NCBI GenBank assembly: GCA_031372065.1
Contig: JANMKN010000001.1
Location: 1-23,026, forward strand
Length of the DNA stretch: 23,026 nt
Direction of reading: 5' to 3'
Origin: Abditibacteriaceae bacterium
GTDB taxonomy: Bacteria; Armatimonadota; Abditibacteriia; Abditibacteriales; Abditibacteriaceae
Translations under genes and position numbers: made by a program
In this document: positions 1-8,980 of the stretch, in pieces
Layout: every line of letters starts with the position of its first letter
Position numbering within the stretch: position 1 is the stretch's first letter
The notes under the pieces: generated by a model
What the model was told of the DNA's origin: nothing
Seen by the model: the letters and a program-made list of their open reading frames with translations, nothing else
Databases searched by the model: none

Positions 1-806
1 GCTTCCAAGCCGGCAATCATCACAAGAAAATACAAAAGATAACAATAAGGCGCGTTTCTGAGATCAAAGGCCCGCGCCAGTTCGTTGGCCCCACGATACA
101 ACGCGCCACGCTTGCGGTAAAGGGCCAGCGGAAACCAAACGCAAACAAAGCCAATGAGGGCACCGAAAATCATATCCAGCGGATAGTGAAAGCCAACCGC
201 CACGCGGCAAATACTCATCACAATCGCTGTGATCGTCCAAAACCAACCCAAACGGCGATTCCAGAAAAATAACGCGGCAGACAAGCCAGCCAGCATGGCA
301 GCGTGATCGCTGGGAAACGAACCCAAATGGCGTAATCCCTCGAAAACGCCTTCCATATCTCTGGGCGAAGAAATCAACCAATAGGAGGCAAAGGGCCGAT
401 TAATATCCAGTTCAAAAGCAATCAGCCGCGCGATAACATAAGCGACCATGCCGCCCAAACCAAAAATCAAAACCTGCGCGCGCGATTGTTCGCGCGCGAT
501 GAGCGGCCCATTGGCATTTTCGGCAGTCACAATCGCCAAAAAATCGCGCAGCCATGCGCGCTTGTCTTTTTTCGTTGTCAGCGTCGCATCGCTGAATAAC
601 ACGCGGCTGTTTTCATTGCGCGGCCAGAACCACAGCAACAAAAGCGTCGCCAACACCAGCACATCCGAGCCACGATCAGTCAGAAACAACGCCAATTTAT
701 AGAGGCGCGAATGCTCTGCCGCATAGTGATTAAGCCACAGCAAAAGGCGGACATTGGCCCGATAAAACAATTCGATAAGCGGAGTGGCGGCAAGAAACAA
801 GAACAT
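1..806 (-). CDS. PAP2-family membrane phosphatase (BcrC/undecaprenyl-diphosphatase-like); C-terminus runs off the window
   Basis: Not in the ORF track; translated by hand from ATG at 806 (MFLFLAATPL...), open to position 1. Has PAP2 motifs: INRPF (C1-like RP), GSFPSDHA (C2) and CRVAVGFHYPLD (C3), among hydrophobic helices. Confidence 0.88.
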   Translation of the reverse strand, partial: MFLFLAATPLIELFYRANVRLLLWLNHYAAEHSRLYKLALFLTDRGSDVLVLATLLLLWFWPRNENSRVLFSDATLTTKKDKRAWLRDFLAIVTAENANGPLIAREQSRAQVLIFGLGGMVAYVIARLIAFELDINRPFASYWLISSPRDMEGVFEGLRHLGSFPSDHAAMLAGLSAALFFWNRRLGWFWTITAIVMSICRVAVGFHYPLDMIFGALIGFVCVWFPLALYRKRGALYRGANELARAFDLRNAPYCYLLYFLVMIAGLE

Positions 807-1011
807 GAAGTTGCAAAAGACGACCAAAACCTTCTGCCTAAAATTTACAACCCTCCGCCAGTCAGGTCAAACGGAACACCTGACAAGACGCCAATAAAGT
901 CATTTTGCAGGCGTTCGATGCTCAAAATGTAAAAATAAGCGTCGAAATGGCCTGTTTTTGTAAATTAACGCCAATTTAATTGAAAAATCTCAAAAGAAAC
1001 TGAAAAATAAC

Positions 1012-1040
1012 TTCCCCTTGTTTTTTGAGAATTGTATCCT
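1012..1040 (+). promoter_or_regulatory. Possible sigma70-type promoter for the NYN-CSD gene
   Basis: TTCCCC-N17-TATCCT in an AT-rich divergent intergenic region about 115 nt upstream of ATG 1156; weak match. Confidence 0.3.
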
Positions 1041-1155
1041 AAAGAACAGAATGAGCTGAACTCGTGCGTTAAGCAGAGCAAGATGTCACAAATCCTGTCG
1101 GAGCAAAACGACGAGATACTCTCGATCTATCTACTGTGAGGAAGGAAGTAATATC

Positions 1156-2400
1156 ATGATTCGGGTTATGCTTTTCATTGACGGGACTTGGCTTTATGCC
1201 AACACTCCCCGTCTCGCCGATGCATTCGGTGATCCAGACTTTCACGTTGACTTTGGCAAACTGCCGCGCGTGCTGGCGGACGAAGTTTCCAGACAGTTGG
1301 GCGATGCCGAAATTGACGTTGTGCGCGTGCATCTTTTTGGCTCTTATGCCGCCAACTACGATTTGCGTGATGATGAAGCCGTGCAACGCTGGCTTGATTT
1401 CTTTGATAGGCTCAAAGAAGAATACCACTACGAAGTTGAATTATTCCCCGTCAACTTCATGGGACGCCGTCTTCGTAAAATAGACCGCGCCACCGACGAT
1501 CCGTTTGAACCCAAAGAAAAATGTGTGGACATCTCGCTGGCAACCGCGATGATGTATTACTCAGCCATTCCCAACGCCTACGATATTGGTATCGCTGTCA
1601 TTGGGGATCGCGATTTCTCGCCGATGCTGCAAAGCGTGCGGCGTTTGGGTAAGCGCGTGGCTATTGCTTCCATCAAAGGCAGTTGTTCGCCAGAGTTTGC
1701 CGATCCTCGCGACGAAGCGCGCGTGAAAGATTTCGATATCGTCTGGCTGGACGACTTGCTGCATCGCTTGGAACTGAAATACGAGCGTCATCAACTGGCT
1801 TGCGAAGCGCCGATTCACAAAGGCGCGCGCATGGTATGGACAACGTTCCACCCGCGCAAAGGGCAAAAGTTCTTCTGCGAAGAATGTCGCCGCGAATTCT
1901 CGCGCCAGAAGGCCGAAATGCAAACGCAATTCGTGTCCAATGTAATGGAAACCGACGCCTATATGGAACGCGTGGACACCGCGCCGCAGGTCTCGCGTCT
2001 CACCGGCACCATCAAGCGCAAGTTCTGGGATCGCAACTACGGCTTTATCGCCGGGCACGATGGCTTGGATTACTTCTTCCATCTGGATGATGTGATGGAC
2101 GGTTACGGCTTCGATGAGATTTATGAAGGTTTGCTCGTGGAATTTGAGGTGCGCAAGCGCCCCAGTCCCGATAAAGCTGGCGCCGCCCAGCGTGTGCGCG
2201 TGCAAACCAATCGCATGGTGCAGCATCAGGACGAAGACGAAGACCTCGACCTCGAACAAGAAGGGCATTATGTGCCCAGCGACATGGATTTGGATGCGGA
2301 CATGGATGCGGACTTGGACGCGGATGTGGATGCGGACTTAGACATGGACGTGGATGACGTGAATGTAGATGTGGACGAAGAAGTCGAAGTGGACGCGTAA
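1156..2400 (+). CDS. NYN (LabA/DUF88, PIN-like) nuclease domain + putative zinc ribbon + cold-shock domain + acidic tail
   Basis: NYN acidic motifs FIDG (D9), EKCVD (D125), GDRDF (D151/D153) and VRRLGKRV. C216-x4-H221-x19-C241-x2-C244. CSD signatures NYGFI (RNP1-like) and DYFFH (RNP2-like). D/E-rich C-terminus. RBS GAGGAAGGA upstream. Confidence 0.88.
   Translation: MIRVMLFIDGTWLYANTPRLADAFGDPDFHVDFGKLPRVLADEVSRQLGDAEIDVVRVHLFGSYAANYDLRDDEAVQRWLDFFDRLKEEYHYEVELFPVNFMGRRLRKIDRATDDPFEPKEKCVDISLATAMMYYSAIPNAYDIGIAVIGDRDFSPMLQSVRRLGKRVAIASIKGSCSPEFADPRDEARVKDFDIVWLDDLLHRLELKYERHQLACEAPIHKGARMVWTTFHPRKGQKFFCEECRREFSRQKAEMQTQFVSNVMETDAYMERVDTAPQVSRLTGTIKRKFWDRNYGFIAGHDGLDYFFHLDDVMDGYGFDEIYEGLLVEFEVRKRPSPDKAGAAQRVRVQTNRMVQHQDEDEDLDLEQEGHYVPSDMDLDADMDADLDADVDADLDMDVDDVNVDVDEEVEVDA
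2281..2397 (+). repeat. Imperfect coding 6/12-bp repeats encoding alternating Asp/hydrophobic residues (DMDA DLDA DVDA DLDM)
   Basis: gacatggatgcg gacttggacgcg gatgtggatgcg gacttagacatg read directly from the sequence. Confidence 0.8.
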
Positions 2401-2421
2401 GCGATTTCTCGTTGTGAAAAC

Positions 2422-2462
2422 AAGAACGGCGGATGCAAAATGCATCCGCCGTTCTTATTTTT
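2422..2462. terminator. Intrinsic terminator between convergent genes, probably bidirectional
   Basis: Perfect 16-bp inverted repeat AAGAACGGCGGATGCA-aaa-TGCATCCGCCGTTCTT (2422-2456), followed by ATTTTT and preceded by an A-rich run. Confidence 0.9.
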
Positions 2463-2488
2463 GTGCTACTTTGTTGCGGCTTTCGATG

Positions 2489-2992
2489 TTACTCGTTGTG
2501 TTCTTGACACCAGCGCAGCAGCGTTTCGATTTCGACCACTTGCACGCGACATAACCAACTACTATCATCGCGCGTAGCACGTTCGCAACGCTTCACGAAT
2601 TCATCGGGCTGCCATGTCTGGGCACGCCGCAACGTGGCCGTAAAATCCTGTGCGGACGTTTCATTTGCCAGCGTAGCTAAAACCGCTTCGTAAACTTCGG
2701 CAAACGCCGGATGCGCGCCGGTGCGATTCCACCAATAAAGCGAATTGCTGGCATCACCTTCGCGGCGATGCATAATCGCGTGCCAGAAACTGCCCGTTGG
2801 CGTGTTGATGCCTTGCGAAATGGTATGAGAACCTTCTAAATCGTCGTTCCACAGCAAAAGCCCGGCGCGCACGGCAGCGGAAAGCGGCGCGTTTTGAATT
2901 TCCCGCGACAAATCGGCATCCCAGATTTGCGTGGGAAAAAGCGGCGGCAATGGCTGGCGTTTTTGAAGTCGAGAAACGATGGATTCAAGCAT
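2489..2992 (-). CDS. Conserved hypothetical helical protein (H-x-IxQ ... HRREGD-x2-N-x2-YW type)
   Basis: 167-aa ORF with DDLEGSHTISQ and FWHAIMHRREGDASNSLYWW, a pattern I recall from an uncharacterised family; starts 7 nt after the upstream stop. Confidence 0.75.
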   Translation of the reverse strand: MLESIVSRLQKRQPLPPLFPTQIWDADLSREIQNAPLSAAVRAGLLLWNDDLEGSHTISQGINTPTGSFWHAIMHRREGDASNSLYWWNRTGAHPAFAEVYEAVLATLANETSAQDFTATLRRAQTWQPDEFVKRCERATRDDSSWLCRVQVVEIETLLRWCQEHNE

Positions 2993-2999
2993 AAGAATT

Positions 3000-3644
3000 T
3001 TAGTTTGGCACCGTAAAACTGCCGCCCGATGGCATTGAAGTGTTCGGCGCGAATGTGTTGGAAACCTGCGGTGCAGAAAGTGAAGCCATCATGCCCAATG
3101 CAAAGAACAGAATGCCCAACACCAGAAAAGCCGTGCCGATAATGCCTAAAATGCGCCCGACATTGGCAGAAGTGCGCTCGACCGGGTTGGCGCGGCCTGC
3201 ATCAATCGCGGCAACCGCCTGATTGCCCATATACCACGCAAAGGGCGCGCAAAGCTGGCAAATCACGAATCCCAAAATACCCAAAATCAAAACCGTCGTG
3301 CCGTTGACCGCTTCGGGATATGTGCTTTGATAGGCCGGGCGATAAACGGGCGCCAAACCACCCGGCTCTGGAATTGGCGGCGCGCCAAAAGGCTGATTCG
3401 CTGGCGTTTGATTGAACGATGGATTGGCCTTTGTTTGACTAAACGCGCTGACATCAAATGCGGCTTGCGATGGCAAAGCATTCGGATCGAATTGCGAAAT
3501 TTGCGCAGGTGTGGCCCAACCTTTGGCGACCACAACCTGCGCAAAATTCTTTTGCGGCGTGCGTTCTGCCGCCGCTGCTTCGATTTGCTGCCGCGTCATT
3601 AAGCCCGCGTTAAAAAGCGCCGCTGCTAATTCTTGTTCAGTCAT
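3000..3644 (-). CDS. Membrane protein: MshEN-like N-terminal module, Pro/Gln-rich linker, DUF4190-like two-helix domain
   Basis: C-terminal LILGILGFVICQLCAPFAWYMG...ANVGRILGIIG fits the DUF4190 pattern; N-terminal 57 aa are shared with the upstream gene. Confidence 0.78.
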   Translation of the reverse strand: MTEQELAAALFNAGLMTRQQIEAAAAERTPQKNFAQVVVAKGWATPAQISQFDPNALPSQAAFDVSAFSQTKANPSFNQTPANQPFGAPPIPEPGGLAPVYRPAYQSTYPEAVNGTTVLILGILGFVICQLCAPFAWYMGNQAVAAIDAGRANPVERTSANVGRILGIIGTAFLVLGILFFALGMMASLSAPQVSNTFAPNTSMPSGGSFTVPN

Positions 3645-3654
3645 GTTTCAAAAA

Positions 3655-4662
3655 TTAAAACGGCGAGGGAATGGGTGGCGGCGGATAATTGGGCTGATCT
3701 TGCGGTGCGCTGCCTTGAGCCGGGAAAAAGCTGCGATACACCAAAGCCGGAGCTAACACACCAATAGGGCCGGTAAACAGCACGCCCACACAACATGCCA
3801 CCACTCCCACCAGTGCGGCCAGACCGACGACAATCAGAAAACCGACAGCAGTGAAAACCTGTGACTTCAAAGTGTTCCAACTGGTAGTCATGGCGCCGAT
3901 GGCATCCATTTTTCTGTCCACCACTAAAGGCGTCCAAAACATCAGGCCTCCCATGAGCATAAAACCGGGAATACAGCAAAGAAGAAACCCGATCAACAAA
4001 GCGATATTGAAAAGCACTTGACCGATTAACATTTGTCCAAAATACTGCCCGCCGCTAAACAGGTCATTGAGTGAAATCGGATGTCCATCAATTTGATTAA
4101 GTGCCATTTTATAAAGTCCAGCCATAAAAAATGCACCCACTAAAATACCAAGCGCCTGACTAAAAAGACTGGCCCCCAAATTGGCTCCAATAAGGGCAAA
4201 CGCGGCAGCAGGATTGTTGGGGTCAGCCTGTGTTTGTGAACCTGCATTGGCAATTTGCGATGGTATGTTGGAAAGCATGATGGCGAAACCGTAAATCAAT
4301 ACAGCAGGCACCCAAACGCCGAAATTAGATTTGGTTAGTTCCCATGCTTTGCCAATAGCGGAGAAATCAATCGTCGCCGCTGGTGCGACGTTTCCAGCAC
4401 TGCCCGGCAGTGGTCCCGGATTGGGAATCGCGCTACCGCTTTGCCACGGCCCACTCGCAGGTGGCGCGGCTGGCATTGGCATTTGCCCGCCCAATGCATT
4501 TGGATCGAATTGCGCGATTTGTGCGGGTGTAACCCAGCCCAGTTGCACAACGGTTTGCGCGAAGTTTTTGCCCGCTGCGCGCTGCGAAGCAGCGCTTTGC
4601 ACTTGTTCCTGCGTGAGTAGCCCCGCTTCAAATAAAGCGCGGGCCAGTTCTTGATCGGTCAT
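3655..4662 (-). CDS. Polytopic membrane protein: MshEN-like N-terminal module, Pro-rich linker, DUF975/YciC-like membrane domain
   Basis: Start moved to ATG 4662 (MTDQEL) because of SD GGAAAGGA and alignment with the paralogous N-terminus. AIGKAWEL, LLCCIPG and AMTTSWNTLK fit this membrane family. Confidence 0.75.
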   Translation of the reverse strand: MTDQELARALFEAGLLTQEQVQSAASQRAAGKNFAQTVVQLGWVTPAQIAQFDPNALGGQMPMPAAPPASGPWQSGSAIPNPGPLPGSAGNVAPAATIDFSAIGKAWELTKSNFGVWVPAVLIYGFAIMLSNIPSQIANAGSQTQADPNNPAAAFALIGANLGASLFSQALGILVGAFFMAGLYKMALNQIDGHPISLNDLFSGGQYFGQMLIGQVLFNIALLIGFLLCCIPGFMLMGGLMFWTPLVVDRKMDAIGAMTTSWNTLKSQVFTAVGFLIVVGLAALVGVVACCVGVLFTGPIGVLAPALVYRSFFPAQGSAPQDQPNYPPPPIPSPF

Positions 4663-4711
4663 CGAAATTCCTTTCCACAACACGTCCTGTCAGAATTTTA
4701 CGCCTGCCCCG

Positions 4712-4720
4712 ATTATAGCA
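4712..4720 (-). promoter_or_regulatory. Extended -10 promoter for the 4662-2489 operon
   Basis: Reverse complement reads TGCTATAAT (TGn+TATAAT), about 50 nt upstream of ATG 4662. Confidence 0.65.
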
Positions 4721-4773
4721 AAAATTAATGGTGTCTTTAATCGAAATTTTACAGAAATTTTTATGAAACACGG

Positions 4774-4802
4774 TTGACTTTGAACACCATCGCGCCTATA
4801 AT
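4774..4802 (+). promoter_or_regulatory. sigma70/sigmaA promoter of groESL
   Basis: TTGACT (4774-4779), 17-bp spacer, TATAAT (4797-4802). Confidence 0.9.
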
Positions 4803-4813
4803 TTCTCTTCGGG

Positions 4814-4840
4814 TTAGCACTCTCTGTCATTGAGTGCTAA
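4814..4840 (+). promoter_or_regulatory. CIRCE operator (HrcA binding site)
   Basis: Exact TTAGCACTC-N9-GAGTGCTAA between the promoter and groES. Confidence 0.98.
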
Positions 4841-4881
4841 CAAAATTCAAATTCAAACCTCAAAGGGAGGAGATCGCAAAC

Positions 4882-5175
4882 ATGGCGACTATCAAACCGT
4901 TAGGTGACAAAGTTCTGGTGCAACCGAACACGAGCACCGAGAAAACCGCTGGTGGCATCGTGCTACCGGACAGTGCCAAAGAACGTCCGCAGGAAGGCAA
5001 AGTGATCGCAGTTGGGCCGGGCCGCACCTTGGACAGTGGCAGCAAAGCTGAGATCAGCGTTAAAGAAGGCGACACCGTCATTTACTCGAAGTATGGCGGC
5101 ACCGAAATCAAGTTGGACGGAACAGAATACCTGATTCTCGATGAAAGCAGCATTTTGGCTGTTAAGAGCGAGTAA
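4882..5175 (+). CDS. groES: Co-chaperonin GroES
   Basis: [13 protein letters not shown]...[26 protein letters not shown]...YSKYGGTE; start ATG 4882 follows SD AAGGGAGGAG (the ORF-track start lies inside CIRCE). Confidence 0.99.
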   Translation: MATIKPLGDKVLVQPNTSTEKTAGGIVLPDSAKERPQEGKVIAVGPGRTLDSGSKAEISVKEGDTVIYSKYGGTEIKLDGTEYLILDESSILAVKSE

Positions 5176-5194
5176 CAAAGGGAGTTGAAAGTAA

Positions 5195-6826
<1,632 letters not shown>

Positions 6827-6864
6827 TCAGCCGTTAGCTGTCAGCGATTAGCTGTTAGCTATCA
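6827..6864. repeat. Heptanucleotide tandem repeat, TYAGCNN x5
   Basis: tcagccg ttagctg tcagcga ttagctg ttagcta tca, starting immediately after the groEL stop. Confidence 0.75.
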
Positions 6865-6898
6865 AAAGTGCCGCGCTCAAATGAGCGCGGCACTTTTT
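6864..6898. terminator. Intrinsic terminator of groESL
   Basis: AAAAGTGCCGCGCTCA-aa-TGAGCGCGGCACTTTT perfect inverted repeat with T tail; overlaps the stop codon of the convergent gene. Confidence 0.9.
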
Positions 6899-7383
6899 GT
6901 GTGTGTCCATAGTTTTTTTAAAGCTCTTCCAAGCCACAGCCCTATCAAAGACGCAGAGATGAAAAAGCCAAAAGGGCCAAGGTAGAACCATAAGAGTTCT
7001 TTCGTCTCGCTTATATAAACGCTGCCCGTTCCGTAACCTTTGATACGAGACATTCCCGGCCTCACGTGCGAATACTCCACAATAATCTTTTTACCCGCCT
7101 TGAATTTTCCGGCATCCGTTACTGGGACCGTTTGTTTACCGTAAAAACCTAAATAGTAGTAACCCACAATTAAAGGGCGTTTTCCAACTCCGAAAGGCCC
7201 AACACCAATAACATAGCTGACTGTGCCAGACACCGTGGCGTTGTCGCGCCGCAGTTTCTCCACAAAAGAGCCTTTTCCCGGAGCGGTGAAGAAGGGGAAG
7301 AATATAACGAAAAAAAGCACCAACAAGAACGCTAAAAGGCTAACTGTCCAATTAAAAATTAATTTGCGGTGCTTTGACGACAT
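6877..7383 (-). CDS. Hypothetical two-TM membrane protein (DUF3592-like layout)
   Basis: N- and C-terminal hydrophobic helices around a beta-rich segment (GKKIIVEYSHVRPGMSRI); AT-richer than groEL. Confidence 0.6.
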   Translation of the reverse strand: MSSKHRKLIFNWTVSLLAFLLVLFFVIFFPFFTAPGKGSFVEKLRRDNATVSGTVSYVIGVGPFGVGKRPLIVGYYYLGFYGKQTVPVTDAGKFKAGKKIIVEYSHVRPGMSRIKGYGTGSVYISETKELLWFYLGPFGFFISASLIGLWLGRALKKLWTHTKSAALI

Positions 7384-7453
7384 AAGCGTAATACCTCACA
7401 ATTTCAATTCTATAAAATCTGCGCTCCCAAAAGAGAACGCGACGCTTTTTGTT

Positions 7454-7666
7454 TTACGCGGTAACTTCCACCAATTCGCTCGTCGAAAGTGGTTCGGGAA
7501 TGGTTTGGCCTTCGGCTTTCATGCCTTCGTGGTGAAATTCGATGGCTTCTTGAATGAGTTCTACAACTTCTTCGCGCGATTCGCCAACGGCGACGCAACC
7601 GGGTAAATCAGGAACATAAGCGCCGAAACTGGATTTGCCTTGTTCGATAATAACGGTGTAACGCAT
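7454..7666 (-). CDS. hicB: HicB-family antitoxin-like protein, short form without DNA-binding domain
   Basis: MRYTVIIEQG..FGAYVPDLPGCVAVGESREEVVELIQEAIEFH.EGM..EG..IPEP is the classic HicB/UPF0150 pattern; start could instead be 7678 or 7681. Confidence 0.9.
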   Translation of the reverse strand: MRYTVIIEQGKSSFGAYVPDLPGCVAVGESREEVVELIQEAIEFHHEGMKAEGQTIPEPLSTSELVEVTA

Positions 7667-7709
7667 AATGTTTTCCATCATTTCAATCCGGCCTGTTTGA
7701 GAATGCTGC

Positions 7710-8516
7710 TTACAATTCCAATTCCACAAAACGCCGCGACAAATTATTGTCTTTAACAGTGCAGACAAACCAGCCTTTTTTTGGTGAGCCATCAGCGTTG
7801 CCACGCACGCGAGCGCAGCAGCGGTCGGTCAGCAAAACGGCATCGTGCCATGTTTTTTCGCTGTAGCCGTGCCAATGCCCGCAAAAGGCGGCGCGAATGT
7901 TGAAATCGGCGAGTTTTTTCAGCAATTCATCGGCGTTTTGTGGGCGATAAGTGACAGCTTCGCCCAAAGGAAAATGCGTCCAAATAATTGTTGGTTTAGC
8001 TTTGTCGAGTTGTGGCAATTGGGCATCCAGCCAATCGAAAGTGGGCTGCTGAATCTTGGTGTTTTCGTAGCGCGTGCCGTCGGAGGTGTCTAAGCCGACG
8101 ATTTGCCAGCCGCGATGCGCGAAAACCTGATTTAACTGGCCCGGAAACAGTTCGTCGTAGGCTTTTCTGTCATCGTCGGCGAAATAATCGTGATTACCCG
8201 GCACCACATAAAGCGGCATTTTCAGCGCCTGAAACGCGGTTTTAACACCCAAAAGTTGTTCGCGCTTGCCTTCGTTGGCTAAATCGCCGCCCAGCAAGCA
8301 AAATTCGGCGTCCGGCGCGCTGTTTTTCATGGCGGCGACGGCTTTTTCAAACCACGGGGCGCATTTTTCATCTTGAAAATGCAAATCGTTGACAGCGATA
8401 AAACTCCACGCTGCGTCCGCTTTATTTTGCGCCCGCAAGTCGCGCGGCCAACTTCCCGCCGTCAAAAGCGCACCTGCCCCGATTTTCAATATTTCACGCC
8501 GTTTCAGAAGGCTCAT
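7710..8516 (-). CDS. Calcineurin-like metallophosphoesterase with Tat signal peptide
   Basis: KRREILK twin-arginine leader; NDLH, GGDL, GNHD, THFP and GHWH motifs. Confidence 0.9.
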   Translation of the reverse strand: MSLLKRREILKIGAGALLTAGSWPRDLRAQNKADAAWSFIAVNDLHFQDEKCAPWFEKAVAAMKNSAPDAEFCLLGGDLANEGKREQLLGVKTAFQALKMPLYVVPGNHDYFADDDRKAYDELFPGQLNQVFAHRGWQIVGLDTSDGTRYENTKIQQPTFDWLDAQLPQLDKAKPTIIWTHFPLGEAVTYRPQNADELLKKLADFNIRAAFCGHWHGYSEKTWHDAVLLTDRCCARVRGNADGSPKKGWFVCTVKDNNLSRRFVELEL

Positions 8517-8535
8517 AATGACAAATTCCTTTGCC

Positions 8536-8955
8536 TTAGCCCGGACAAACGTCTGAAAACGGGGTCGGCTGATGGTTGTGAAGCAGCGTGTAAATAGCGC
8601 GCGTTTGGTTTTCCGTTGTCAACACGGTCAGCGTGATTGTATCGCCGCTCACTGTGCCGCTGTAATGCACGTTTTGTGGCGGAATGTTGGACGTGTAAGT
8701 GCCGGTGACATCGAAATGCTTGTTCCCGTCCAGAATCACCGGGCTATCCAGTGGGCCACCCCAACCGCAGGCACTCATAACGCGCAAACGCCCGCCCGTA
8801 GCCGTCAATTCGAGCGCGGCGTCCGTATCAGTGGCGCCCCATAGACCAATCAAAGGCGCCGACGCAACGGGCGTGGAACCGCCATTGCAACCACTAAAAA
8901 GCACGCTGCATCCGATAACAACCGCAAAAAAGCGCAAAGCCACTGGTTTTTGCAT
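8536..8955 (-). CDS. Hypothetical beta-rich lipoprotein
   Basis: Start moved to ATG 8955 (GGGAG upstream); signal peptide with lipobox LFSG-C. Confidence 0.7.
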   Translation of the reverse strand: MQKPVALRFFAVVIGCSVLFSGCNGGSTPVASAPLIGLWGATDTDAALELTATGGRLRVMSACGWGGPLDSPVILDGNKHFDVTGTYTSNIPPQNVHYSGTVSGDTITLTVLTTENQTRAIYTLLHNHQPTPFSDVCPG

Positions 8956-8980
8956 GATTAAAACTCCCGCACTACAAATT

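Noticed and set aside
64..932. Short ORFs 64-381, 448-702 and 711-932
   Set aside because: Alternative frames over the PAP2 gene, which has clear catalytic motifs.
807..1155. Known riboswitch or tRNA in the intergenic region
   Set aside because: No consensus I recognise; only short hairpins and an AT-rich inverted pair (TCTCAAAA/TTTTGAGA).
1561..2268. 235-aa antisense ORF within the NYN gene
   Set aside because: Mirror frame of a well-supported gene with no recognisable motifs.
4834..4881. N-terminal extension of GroES in the ORF track
   Set aside because: It starts inside CIRCE; the SD and family length point to ATG 4882.
7410..7598. 62-aa basic ORF as a candidate HicA toxin
   Set aside because: It overlaps hicB out of frame and lacks the HicA GSH motif.
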